Source: Nitrospinales bacterium (lineage in GTDB: Bacteria; Nitrospinota; Nitrospinia; Nitrospinales; VA-1). From it: a DNA stretch of 64,000 nucleotides. The notes under the pieces were generated by a model. The model was not told the DNA's origin, did no database searches, and worked only from the letters and a program-made list of their open reading frames with translations. Location: assembly GCA_965223795.1 (NCBI GenBank), contig CBDCXL010000001.1:224001-288000 (forward strand). Direction: 5' to 3'. Shown piece by piece: positions 45,462-54,924 of this stretch; position 1 is the stretch's first letter, and the number at the start of each line of letters is the position of its first letter. The position numbers and the translations under genes were made by a program.

Positions 45462-46103
45462 TTGAATTCGAAAACCGTCCACCGTATCTACGAAAAGTTG
45501 AGCCGCCGCTTTTCCGACGCGCGCTCGGAACTCGATTTCAGCAACCCGTTCGAGCTTCTGGTGGCGGTGATTCTCAGCGCCCAGGCCACGGACAAATCGG
45601 TCAACGCCGCGACGAAGAACCTGTTTCCGCGCTATTCGACGCCGCAGAAGCTGCTGGATCTGGGGGAAACCCGGCTGCGCCGGCACATTCAGTCGATCGG
45701 GCTGGCGCCGACCAAGGCGAAGAATCTCATGAAAACCTGCCACATCCTGATCGAGCAGCACGGCGGCGCCGTTCCGGGTGAGCGCGAACCGCTGGAAAAG
45801 CTGCCCGGCGTGGGGCGCAAGACCGCCAACGTCGTCCTCAACGAGGGATTCGGCCAGCCCACCATCGCGGTGGACACGCATGTGTTCCGGGTGTCGCAGC
45901 GCACCGGGCTGGCGCCGGGAAAGAACGTGCTTGAAACCGAGCTGAAGCTGCTCAAAATCACGCCGGAAAAGTGGAAAAAGAACGCGCACCGCTATCTCAT
46001 TCTGCATGGCCGCTACGTGTGCAAGGCGAAAAACTTCGACTGCGGCGCCTGCGTCATCGAGAACGAATGCGGCTTTTCCGAGAAAGCGTATCGTGAGTCC
46101 TGA
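45462..46103 (+). CDS. nth: Endonuclease III
   Basis: FELLVAVILSAQATD, HhH LPGVGRKTANVVL, VDTHVFRV, C-x6-C-x2-C-x5-C. Confidence 0.96.
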   Translation: MNSKTVHRIYEKLSRRFSDARSELDFSNPFELLVAVILSAQATDKSVNAATKNLFPRYSTPQKLLDLGETRLRRHIQSIGLAPTKAKNLMKTCHILIEQHGGAVPGEREPLEKLPGVGRKTANVVLNEGFGQPTIAVDTHVFRVSQRTGLAPGKNVLETELKLLKITPEKWKKNAHRYLILHGRYVCKAKNFDCGACVIENECGFSEKAYRES

Positions 46104-46842
46104 ACGGCTGCGCGATTATGGGCGCATACTGTCCCGGCTGGAATCGGCGCTGTCCGGCAACGGAGCGCTGGTGCCGCTGGGCGCCATCGCGTCCCCGGCG
46201 GGGACCTACTCCGTGAAAAAAGCCGTGCTGGGCCAGGGCGGCCGGCGGCGGGTGCTGATTTCCGCGGGCATTCACGGCGACGAGCCTGCGGGGGTGGAAG
46301 CGGTGTGCGCGTTTGTTGAGCGGAACACCGGTCTTGGCGACTGGGAGGCGACCTGTTTGCCCTGCATCAACCCGTACGGCTATGAGCATGGCATACGCGA
46401 GAACGGCGAGGCGGTGGACCTCAACCGGGTTTTTCACACCGGGAGCCCGCCGGAAGAAGTGCGGCTGGTGCAGTCGGTCTTTGACAAGCCGTTCGATCTG
46501 ACGCTGGAATTGCACGAGGATTCCGACAGCAGGGGCTACTATCTGTATCACTCGGGCGAAAAGGCATTGCAAGATGCGCTGCCCGCGAAGATTCTCGAGC
46601 GTGTTTCGGCCGTCATGCCGCTCAACCTCGATGCGGAGATCGACGGCAGCGCCGCGGGCGGCGGCGTGATCGACCGGGCGCCGGACCCGGACAGCATGGA
46701 CTGGTGGCCGATGGCGCTGTACGCGCGTTCACGCGGCGCGCGCTACTGCCTGACTCTGGAAACGGCGCCGGCGTTTCCGATGGAGCGGCGCGTTGAGGCG
46801 CACCTCACCGCCGTGCGGGCGGCGCTGCGACATTTCCCTTAA
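46093..46842 (+). CDS. M14-type zinc carboxypeptidase / succinylglutamate desuccinylase family protein
   Basis: SAGIHGDEPAG, PCINPYG, DLNR, LELHED, LTLET. Confidence 0.85.
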   Translation: MSPERLRDYGRILSRLESALSGNGALVPLGAIASPAGTYSVKKAVLGQGGRRRVLISAGIHGDEPAGVEAVCAFVERNTGLGDWEATCLPCINPYGYEHGIRENGEAVDLNRVFHTGSPPEEVRLVQSVFDKPFDLTLELHEDSDSRGYYLYHSGEKALQDALPAKILERVSAVMPLNLDAEIDGSAAGGGVIDRAPDPDSMDWWPMALYARSRGARYCLTLETAPAFPMERRVEAHLTAVRAALRHFP

Positions 46843-46860
46843 GGCGCGCTGCAGGATGGC

Positions 46861-49422
46861 TCAGGAATCCTTGGATTTGATGGGGGTGATGATCGGGATC
46901 TTGATGGGTTCGCCGACGGACAGGTTGTTGATGTCCTTGTCCGGGTTGTAACTGTTCAGCAGCCAGAACGGGATGAAGTACATGTCGTTGCAGATTTCCC
47001 AGATGGTCTCGCCCTTGCGCACTTCCCGGACCACCAGCTTGCTGACCCTGAAGTTGCTGAAGAAGTCGTCCTGAATGGCTTTGTGGAATTCCTGGCGGCG
47101 TTCCTCGAACTTGTCCGCATCGGTGTTGGTCAGGGGAACCAGGATCTTGGTGTGAACGGGGATGTGGGAGCGGCGCCGGATCTTGTTGAGGCGGCGCAGT
47201 TTTTTCAACGAATACTGGGCCCATTCGGCGTAGTGGCTCAGGGTTTCGTCGAAATCCACGGTGATGACGCCCATGCGGGACTCTTCGTGTTCCTTGTTCT
47301 TGTACGCCACCGGCAGGAAAGCGGGCCGGTTGGTGTTGATCTGGAACTGCGGCACCGTGGCTTTGGCGAGTTGCACCTGAACGCCCGGCTCCAGGTCTCC
47401 TGTGGAATTGTCGAGAACGGGTTCCTCACCCTTGAGCTGGGCGGTCGTCAGCGCCGATTCTTCCAGCCTGCTTTTCACCTTCTTGGACGTCCGGACCTGC
47501 GCTGTTTTCTGCGGCAGAGCCGAAGGCGTGGGAGGCACGGGTTCGACCTTGGCCAGGATCACGGGCTCGGGGTCCGCCAGAACTGTGGGTTGCGGAACTT
47601 TGAGGATCTGCCCCGGATGAATGGAGTTCGCCCGCTTGATGCCGTTCAGCCGCGCCAGCGTGTAAGGCTTGGTGTTGAACCGTTTGGCGATTTTGGTCAG
47701 GTTGTCGTGACGGCGCACCCGGTAAAAACCCGCTTCCACGGTGGTGTCGGCCTTGGCCACGATCACCGGTTCGGGGCTGGTCCGAGCCGGGATTTCCGGA
47801 ACCTTGAGCACCTGCCCCGGATAGATGGCGTTGGCCCGCTTGATGCCGTTGAGCCGCGCCAGCGTGTAGGGCCGGGTGTTGAACCGTTTGGCGATTTTGG
47901 TCAGGTTGTCGTGACGGCGCACCCGGTACAGGCCGGTTGCCATGGGCTCTTCGATTTTCTGGATCTTCCTGCGCGGCTCGGCTTTCGCCATGCGGACGAG
48001 GGGCCGTTTGGAGCGTTTCGCAGGCGGCACTCTGAGGACCTTGCCGACGTAAATCCGGTTGCGACGGCCGATCTGATTGAGCTGCTTCATCTCCCTAACG
48101 CTGGTGCCGAAGCGCAGCGCCAGCCCGGACAGCGTGTCGCCCCGCTGCACGGTGTACCACTTGGAGCGGATCTGGCTGCCGAATTTTTCCGAGCTGGAAA
48201 TCTTCTGATAGAACGGCGCGAGATCGTCGAAGCGCCGTGCCGGTGCTTTGAACACGAATCCCCTGGGGATGCGTTTCTGGCCGGAGATCACGGGTTTTCG
48301 CAGCGCCGGGTTGTATTTCGCGACTTCCTTGCGCGTCATGTTGAAATGGCGCATGACCGAGCTGATGTGGACGTAGTCGTCGAAGCGGATGGACACGTGG
48401 CGCACCGGGCTTTCTTTCCTGAGATTGGGAAAGTAGGTCTCCTCGTTGCGGACGACGTGCAGGGCCGCCAGGAATTCCGCGTAAAAGTTGCGCGACGCGA
48501 ATCCGAAGGTCCGGCTTTTGTATTTTTTGACGATGCGGACGATGTCGTCGCCGTGGCGTTTCTTGGCGCGCGCCATGCCGCGGGTGCCGTGATTGTAGGC
48601 GGTGATGGCCAGCGGCCAGCTTTGCAGCCGTTCGTAATTGCTGCGCAGCAGTTTCGCGGCGGCGTGGGTGGAATCGATGGGATCGCGCCGCTGATCGACA
48701 TCGTATTTGACGCGCATGAACAGCCTGCCGGTGCCGCGCGTGAACTGCCAGATTCCCGCCGCCCCGGCGCTGGAATAGGCGTTTTCCTGAAACGAGGATT
48801 CCACGTGCGGCAGAACGCTGAGTTCCGGGGGCAGGTCGTGGCTCCTGAAGATCTGCCAGATCTGGTCCATGTATTTGCCGGAACGGATCAGCCCGCCTTC
48901 AAACCGGTCCTTCTGGCCGATCTGGCTGCGGATGTTGCGGGCCGCCCGGTAAAATCCGTTTTTGACCAGGTCGTGCACGCGCTTTTCCTCTCCGGTCAGC
49001 ACGCGGTTTTTCTTTTTGGCGAGCTTTCTGAGGATCGTCTTGTATTTCGATTTGACCTTGTTCAGCTTGCGGTCCTTGGACCGGCGCGACCGGTTGTTGC
49101 CCAGATACACCACTTCGTAGATGATATCGACGTTGGTGGCGTCGTGGATGATGGCGTATTGGGTGCTGTATTTGGAGTAAATGTCGATCCAGAAGTTGAC
49201 CTGCGTTTCCAGACCCTCGGGAGTGTGAAAATCGTAGGCGTACTTGGTCGAAAGACCGTACTTGGCCGTGTCGTAGCCGGGAAGTGCGGCAAACGCCGGG
49301 GACAGCAGCGTCCCGGACAGGACCAAAAGGGCGAATATGAAGAGAGCGCGGGTGTGGAGTCTGATCTTTGCCAACAGAACCGTCCTTTTTTGTGAATTGC
49401 GGGATTGTGACCGCCTGGGCAA
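46861..49422 (-). CDS. MltD-like lytic transglycosylase with multiple LysM domains
   Basis: LPHVESSF, AAGIWQF, WPLAITAYNHG. LysM repeats YTVQRGDTLS and YRVRRHDNLTKIA (twice). Start uncertain. Confidence 0.9.
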   Translation of the reverse strand: MPRRSQSRNSQKRTVLLAKIRLHTRALFIFALLVLSGTLLSPAFAALPGYDTAKYGLSTKYAYDFHTPEGLETQVNFWIDIYSKYSTQYAIIHDATNVDIIYEVVYLGNNRSRRSKDRKLNKVKSKYKTILRKLAKKKNRVLTGEEKRVHDLVKNGFYRAARNIRSQIGQKDRFEGGLIRSGKYMDQIWQIFRSHDLPPELSVLPHVESSFQENAYSSAGAAGIWQFTRGTGRLFMRVKYDVDQRRDPIDSTHAAAKLLRSNYERLQSWPLAITAYNHGTRGMARAKKRHGDDIVRIVKKYKSRTFGFASRNFYAEFLAALHVVRNEETYFPNLRKESPVRHVSIRFDDYVHISSVMRHFNMTRKEVAKYNPALRKPVISGQKRIPRGFVFKAPARRFDDLAPFYQKISSSEKFGSQIRSKWYTVQRGDTLSGLALRFGTSVREMKQLNQIGRRNRIYVGKVLRVPPAKRSKRPLVRMAKAEPRRKIQKIEEPMATGLYRVRRHDNLTKIAKRFNTRPYTLARLNGIKRANAIYPGQVLKVPEIPARTSPEPVIVAKADTTVEAGFYRVRRHDNLTKIAKRFNTKPYTLARLNGIKRANSIHPGQILKVPQPTVLADPEPVILAKVEPVPPTPSALPQKTAQVRTSKKVKSRLEESALTTAQLKGEEPVLDNSTGDLEPGVQVQLAKATVPQFQINTNRPAFLPVAYKNKEHEESRMGVITVDFDETLSHYAEWAQYSLKKLRRLNKIRRRSHIPVHTKILVPLTNTDADKFEERRQEFHKAIQDDFFSNFRVSKLVVREVRKGETIWEICNDMYFIPFWLLNSYNPDKDINNLSVGEPIKIPIITPIKSKDS

Positions 49423-49606
49423 TTTCGGATCGGGGCGGTTGTGGCAAAGTGGTGCCTGTTTGTGTGCAATGTTGCCGCCCTGCCCTACAAGCGAAAATGC
49501 TTGTAAAGCCTTTATTTTTAAAAGGATAACAAAGGCTTTCCGGGGGCGTCAAGATAAACTTTCAATAATTTCGAAGGCCCGATAAATTGCGTTGTAATTC
49601 CGAAGG

Positions 49607-49915
49607 TTAACGGTTTTCCGCTGCGGCCTCGAACGCCGGGAACTCCTGATTGAGCCTGTAAACAAATGCCAGTAATTCAGCCACTATCTGGTACACGGAT
49701 GCGGGAATCTCCTGATTCAATTCGACTTGCGACAACACCTGCACTAAATCCGGGTTCTCCTGGATGGGGATGCCGTTTTCCCGCGCCAGAGCGATGATCC
49801 GTTCGGCCACAAGCCCTTCCCCTTTGGCGGTGACTTTGGGCGCTTTGCCTTTGGCCGCATCGTATTTTAAGGAGACGGCGGATTTTCTTTTGCCGCCGTT
49901 CACGTTCTCATTCAT
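49607..49915 (-). CDS. FlhB C-terminal-like protein (EscU/YscU family, stand-alone)
   Basis: AVSLKYD..APKVTAKGEG..AERIIALARENGIPI..IPASVYQIVAELL. Confidence 0.9.
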   Translation of the reverse strand: MNENVNGGKRKSAVSLKYDAAKGKAPKVTAKGEGLVAERIIALARENGIPIQENPDLVQVLSQVELNQEIPASVYQIVAELLAFVYRLNQEFPAFEAAAENR

Positions 49916-49928
49916 AAGCGTTTCCTTA

Positions 49929-51371
49929 TCAGGTGCGGATGTCCACCAGCCGGGACGGATCTCCGATCAGGGCCCGGGCAAGATCCGCATCTTCGGGCGG
50001 GGCGATCTTTTCCCGCGTTTCGCTGGTCAAGCGGGCCGTGTAACCCAGTTCGGCCATGTGGGCTTCAAAACGCTCGGCATGCTGGTTGATGAAGTGCGCC
50101 ACCTGCGGCCGTTCGGTGAAGACGGTGACCTTGAGGCCTTCGGGGCCCACGCGGCTGTCGACACGCAGTTTCCCCAGCGCGGACAGGTCGAGCAGAAAGA
50201 CCAGGTTGAAATGCTTTTTGCCGCTGCGGCCGCCGGCTTCGCCCTCTCCCCCGGGACGCAGGTACAGCTGGAGCGTCGGCTCTCCGTGCGCGAAGGGATT
50301 GGGAATCTGCAGCAGCAGCGGCTGGTTTTCCTGGCGCGCGTACTGGTTGGAAAGCTGGCCCAGCTCGATGCTGTCCAGCGCCGTTTGCAGCAGCAGCCGG
50401 GTTTCCTGAGTCAGCGGCGGAACCGGCGCGGGCGGCTCGGCGGATTTTCCGGCTGCGGCCTGCGGGGCCGCCGCTTGTAAAAGCTGAATCAGCCGGGCTT
50501 TCAGGTTCTCTGCCAATCCTGACTTGTTTTCGGCGTTGCCGCCGCGTTCGAGGGCCTGCTTGACCTGGGCTTCGTGATCCAGGCCGATGCGTTCGACCTG
50601 TTTTTTGAGCTGTGCTGCGTCCGGGATGCGTCCGGTTGCCGGAAGCAGTTCCTGCACGGTCTGCCGCAGTCCTTCCGCCGCTTTGGGATCCAGTGCGGCC
50701 AGTCGGGACCACTGGCCTGAGTCCAGGTTTCCCAGACGGGCGATCCATTCGCCCAGGGGTTTGAAGGAAGGCAGATAGGGTTTGAGCTGGCCGGGGTTCA
50801 CCTGTTTCAACACCGGGCCGGGGCCCTGCACCAGCACGGCGAGCGGTCCGGAACCCACTTTTTCGGCTGTGACCGGCAGAGAGTATCCGGGTTTGAGCAG
50901 CCCGGAACCGCCGGTGCGCACGGGCAGGTTTTTGCCCTGAATGCGCACGGTCACGGTGTTTTCGTCGATCACGTTCACGATGGGCGCCCGCAGGGTCCTG
51001 CCTTCGGTCAGGTTCAGGGTTTCGACGAGTCCGGTGCGCGCGGCAGGGGGGCTGTTTTGCGTGCCCTGCGGCCGGAGCCTCAGCGTCACGGGTTCCTGCC
51101 GGGAAACCGCCGCGGATTCGGGACGGGAATGCCGGGCCGGTGCCGGGTCCGCAAGCACTTTGAGCACCGTCGCCGGACGGGTGGCCTCGACGCGGACGGT
51201 GAGCGCCTGTTGTTTCGCCGGGGGATTGTCGAGATCGACCGGAATCGCGTGTCCGTTGAAGTTCACCAGCGTGCCGCCTTGGGGCAGGTTCCGCAGAACG
51301 ACGCCCGACAGGATCATCCCCGGCCGCAGCCGCTTGAGGAAACGCGCGACGGCGGCAGGATCGATGGACAC
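49929..51371 (-). CDS. FliK-like flagellar hook-length control protein
   Basis: Low-complexity body with C-terminal FLLDLSALGKLRVD. Directly upstream of the FlhB-C-like gene, a common pairing. Confidence 0.7.
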   Translation of the reverse strand: MSIDPAAVARFLKRLRPGMILSGVVLRNLPQGGTLVNFNGHAIPVDLDNPPAKQQALTVRVEATRPATVLKVLADPAPARHSRPESAAVSRQEPVTLRLRPQGTQNSPPAARTGLVETLNLTEGRTLRAPIVNVIDENTVTVRIQGKNLPVRTGGSGLLKPGYSLPVTAEKVGSGPLAVLVQGPGPVLKQVNPGQLKPYLPSFKPLGEWIARLGNLDSGQWSRLAALDPKAAEGLRQTVQELLPATGRIPDAAQLKKQVERIGLDHEAQVKQALERGGNAENKSGLAENLKARLIQLLQAAAPQAAAGKSAEPPAPVPPLTQETRLLLQTALDSIELGQLSNQYARQENQPLLLQIPNPFAHGEPTLQLYLRPGGEGEAGGRSGKKHFNLVFLLDLSALGKLRVDSRVGPEGLKVTVFTERPQVAHFINQHAERFEAHMAELGYTARLTSETREKIAPPEDADLARALIGDPSRLVDIRT

Positions 51372-51456
51372 CGGGTCGGTGGAGCCGGACAGGATTTTCA
51401 GAACGGTTTCGGGGATAGGATCGATGGCGAGGGCCTCCCTGCCCTGTACCCGCGGG

Positions 51457-51900
51457 TTATTTGCGCAAATTGAGCGTGAGTTCGACTTCCCCCACCGGGA
51501 TCTGCACCTTGCGGGCGATTTCCTGACTGTTCAGGCCCTGGTCCGCCAGCTGCACGACTTTCGAATACTTGTCGTCCGCATCGGGTTTGCGGGGACGGGT
51601 CCGCGGCGCGGGCATCTGCGCCAGCAGGTTTTGCAGTGCCTGGATCTTGCGGTTGAGTTCGTCGGAAATCTCCGCGGCGGAGGCCTGTTTGCGTTCGATG
51701 TCCTCGTTGATCTTTTCGGATGCCTTCAACGCCTCATCGACGGACTGGTTGAGAGACAGGATCAGGTACTGCCAATCCATGCCGCTGTCCTTGCCGGCAT
51801 CGTGTTTTTTCTCCAGCGAATTCAGCCGTATCAGGCAGTGAACGAAACCTGCGAGCAAAAGCAGAATCAAACCGGTCTGAATGATCGTCCATGAATCCAT
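51457..51900 (-). CDS. DUF2802/DUF6115-like membrane-anchored protein
   Basis: N-terminal TM, coiled coil, C-terminal HTH-like LADQGLNSQEIARKVQIPVGEVELTLNL. Confidence 0.7.
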   Translation of the reverse strand: MDSWTIIQTGLILLLLAGFVHCLIRLNSLEKKHDAGKDSGMDWQYLILSLNQSVDEALKASEKINEDIERKQASAAEISDELNRKIQALQNLLAQMPAPRTRPRKPDADDKYSKVVQLADQGLNSQEIARKVQIPVGEVELTLNLRK

Positions 51901-51912
51901 TGCGCTGCCCGG

Positions 51913-52239
51913 TCAGATGACCACGTCGATGGTTTCCCCCTGGTTGCCGCGAACGCGGCGGGCGCTCTCCTCAGCCGGGGTATCGTCCTTTTGGGAGGCA
52001 TTGCGTTTTCTTTTTCTCCGCTGTCCCGCCCCCTTCCCGTTCGGATCGGTGGCGGTGGAAGCGGCGCCGGATTCCGCGTTCTGGACGGACTTGCGTTTCT
52101 GTTCGTCGGCGATCTTGCGTTCCTGATCGAGGTGGTCGGCGCTGGTCCTGGGCAGCTGCTGCATCGTCTGCTGCAGTTTCTCGGCGTGGGTCCCCATCTG
52201 CAGCACTTGCTGGATATTGACTGGAGGTACCGTGGACAT
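51913..52239 (-). CDS. Hypothetical protein
   Basis: First gene of the minus-strand cluster; ends GETIDVVI. Confidence 0.65.
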   Translation of the reverse strand: MSTVPPVNIQQVLQMGTHAEKLQQTMQQLPRTSADHLDQERKIADEQKRKSVQNAESGAASTATDPNGKGAGQRRKRKRNASQKDDTPAEESARRVRGNQGETIDVVI

Positions 52240-52523
52240 GATTTTTACCTTATATAGTAACTACCTTATTATTTTAACGAATTAAGCCGGAAATTTCCAA
52301 GGTTTAAGGGCAATGGCACCGGCATCGCTCCCGATGTTTTCTGGATCGGCTCAAGCGGGGCATTACTTGAAGACAAAGTGGCGAACGCGGCCCGATTGCG
52401 CTGGAAAAGGGACGGAATATCAATGGAAAGCTGGCTCACGGGGCAGAGCCGGGAGCTTGCGGAAGGCCGGATTGCGTGGTTTTTGCGAACCGGAGTGGAT
52501 ACGGACTAAATGGTTATCTGTTG

Positions 52524-52551
52524 TAAATATATCAAATTATTGATATATTTA
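52524..52551. promoter_or_regulatory. Perfect 12-bp inverted repeat (operator-like)
   Basis: TAAATATATCAA-ATTA-TTGATATATTTA in the divergent intergenic region. Confidence 0.5.
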
Positions 52552-52607
52552 TAATAATCCTTGTATTCGCTTCATTTCCCCGAGTACCTGCCGCAACGGG
52601 CGCGGAA

Positions 52608-53852
52608 TTGGGCTATTTTACTTTCAGGTGTTTCTTGAACCGTTACCGTCTGGACGATAAACGCAGAAAATTCTATCTGGCGCTGTGCGCCGCTGCCGCC
52701 AGCCTGTTCATCTTCTTGCTGGATCTCAAACTGCCCCTGGGGGTGGTCGGCGGGGTGCCGTACGTGGCGGTGGTGCTGCTCGGATTGCTGACTTCGGGAA
52801 ATGCATTTATCGTCACGACCGCAGTGACGAGTTCTTTGTTGACCGTGGCGGGTTTTTATCTTTCTCCGGCGGGCAGTGAGCTTTGGGTTGTGGTCGTCAA
52901 CCGCTATCTGGCGATCTTTGCCATCTGGGTCACCGCCGGGTTGTGCCTGCTGCAGAAACGCTACGAGCGGAAGCTGCTGGAACACCAGAAACAGTTGGAG
53001 AGCCGGGTCAAGGAACGGACGGAAGACCTGGAAATGGCGATGACGCGTTTGACGCTGCATGACAAACGCATTAAAAAATACGCCGAGGACCTGATCCGCA
53101 GCAACCGGGAACTGGATGAATTCGCCTTCATCGTTTCGCACGATCTCAAGGAGCCGCTGCGCGGAATCTACAACTATTCGTCCTTTCTCAAGGAAGACTA
53201 CACGGATCTGCTGGATGCGGAGGGCCGTTCGAAACTGGACACGCTGCAGCGCCTGGCCAAACGGATGGAGCACTTGATCTCGACGATCCTGCGTTATTCG
53301 CGGCTGGGGAAAAACGAGCTTTCCCTGAAGCTGGAAGATCTCAATCCCCTGTTGAAGGAAGCACTGGACAACCTGAGCTCGCTGTTGAGCGAATCCGGCG
53401 CCGAGGTGCGCCTGCCGGAGACGCTGCCCGTGGTTTACTGCGACCGCGTCCTGATTGTCGAGGTGTTTCAGAATCTGATCGCCAATGCGATCAAATACAA
53501 TGACAAGCCGGAAAAATGGGTCGAGGTCGGCATGACCGGCGCGCCGTCCGAAGACGACAATGGCGGTTCCCAGGTGTTCTACGTGCGCGACAACGGCATC
53601 GGCATCCAGGAAAAACATTTTGAGTCGTTGTTCCAGATCTTCAAGCGCTTGAACGGAAAAGACAAGTTCGGCGACGGCACCGGAGCGGGAACCACCATCA
53701 GCAAGAAGATCATCGAGCGCCACGATGGCAAAATCTGGCTGGAATCCACGGTGGGAGAAGGCACGACGTTTTATTTCACGCTCAAGACGCAGCAGCCGAA
53801 AAAATCCCATGCGGATCCGCACGATGAGATTGTGGAATTGCTGAATGCGTGA
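52608..53852 (+). CDS. Membrane-bound sensor histidine kinase
   Basis: About 4 TM helices, RSNRELDEFAFIVSHDLKEPLR, NLIANAIKY, VRDNGIGI. Start uncertain. Confidence 0.9.
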   Translation: MGYFTFRCFLNRYRLDDKRRKFYLALCAAAASLFIFLLDLKLPLGVVGGVPYVAVVLLGLLTSGNAFIVTTAVTSSLLTVAGFYLSPAGSELWVVVVNRYLAIFAIWVTAGLCLLQKRYERKLLEHQKQLESRVKERTEDLEMAMTRLTLHDKRIKKYAEDLIRSNRELDEFAFIVSHDLKEPLRGIYNYSSFLKEDYTDLLDAEGRSKLDTLQRLAKRMEHLISTILRYSRLGKNELSLKLEDLNPLLKEALDNLSSLLSESGAEVRLPETLPVVYCDRVLIVEVFQNLIANAIKYNDKPEKWVEVGMTGAPSEDDNGGSQVFYVRDNGIGIQEKHFESLFQIFKRLNGKDKFGDGTGAGTTISKKIIERHDGKIWLESTVGEGTTFYFTLKTQQPKKSHADPHDEIVELLNA

Positions 53853-53973
53853 CTTTCCTTTTTACGATCGCCGGCCCCTGCCCTGCTGATCCCTTTTTTT
53901 GTCTCTTCCATAAAAAACCAGGTTTGAAAGTCAGATCCCTGTCAGGCGTGAAGCCGGAATTTTTTACAGTTGC

Positions 53974-54351
53974 TCAGGAACAGGGGTATTTGACTTTGAG
54001 TGCATCGACGATCAACCGCGGAGAATCCTTGGTGAGATTGCCGGTCTCATTTTTAATATGATCGATGACCGCATTTCTGGCCTGAAAATAGCTTATTCTT
54101 TTGTCCATGATGCAGATGCTTTTTTTATGCGGATTTTCGATCGAAGACAATAAAACGGTGTCGATGACCCCCATGATGTAACCGGTGCAGGCCTGCTGGT
54201 GAATGGCTTTCGCGGATTGGCACACCCTCAGTAGTTCTTTACCGGTTTGCAGACTTCCCGAAGGCTCCGCCTGCGCCGGCACGGGGCTTGATACGAGGCA
54301 CCCTGCCGCTGCCGCAAGCATCCACGTCCTTGTTTTTTCCAGAAATTTCAT
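53974..54351 (-). CDS. Rap1a/Tai-family immunity-like periplasmic protein
   Basis: Signal peptide, then TGKELLRVC..ACTGYIMGVID..IC..ALKVKYPC, the pattern typical of Rap1a. Confidence 0.75.
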   Translation of the reverse strand: MKFLEKTRTWMLAAAAGCLVSSPVPAQAEPSGSLQTGKELLRVCQSAKAIHQQACTGYIMGVIDTVLLSSIENPHKKSICIMDKRISYFQARNAVIDHIKNETGNLTKDSPRLIVDALKVKYPCS

Positions 54352-54899
54352 TTTCCTGTCCTTTCTCGATTCGCTTTGTCATTCCTTTTCATTCCGGCTT
54401 TCTTCAGCGTGTCGTCATGGATTTTCCGGATGTGAATCACAAGAGGATCCTCCGGCCCCAGGGTCTTCTGCCAGATGTTCAGGGCCTGGTTGTAATAGGA
54501 AACCGCTTTTTCATAGCTTCCGAGTTTGCGGTGAACTTCCGCAAGGTTGTTGAGCAGGGCGGCCACATTGGCGTGATCCGGCCCCAGACTTTTCCGGTTC
54601 AGGGCAAGCAAACGCTCTATCAGGGGTTCGGCTGCTGACAGATTTTCCTGATTGAGATAGAAGTCCATCAGAGTACGGAGGCTCCTGCGTGTTCGCGGAT
54701 CCTCTTTGGCAAAGTTTTCCGTCTCCTTGAGCGAGGCGGAAAAATGCCGTTCCGCCTCACGGACATCGCCCAGGTCCAATGCTTCCCACCCGGCCTGATA
54801 GTGCCGTTCCCAGTTCCAGTTGTGGAAGAAATTCGTTTTAACGTAAAGAAACGTTCCCACGACGGCCACTATAATGGCAAGGATTTTTGTTTTGCTCAT
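54348..54899 (-). CDS. Membrane-anchored TPR protein
   Basis: N-terminal TM; kinesin-light-chain-like TPRs (LGPDHANVAALLNNLAEVH; LGPEDP). Confidence 0.8.
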   Translation of the reverse strand: MSKTKILAIIVAVVGTFLYVKTNFFHNWNWERHYQAGWEALDLGDVREAERHFSASLKETENFAKEDPRTRRSLRTLMDFYLNQENLSAAEPLIERLLALNRKSLGPDHANVAALLNNLAEVHRKLGSYEKAVSYYNQALNIWQKTLGPEDPLVIHIRKIHDDTLKKAGMKRNDKANRERTGK

Positions 54900-54924
54900 G
54901 GATTGTCGATATCCCTGCAATGGC

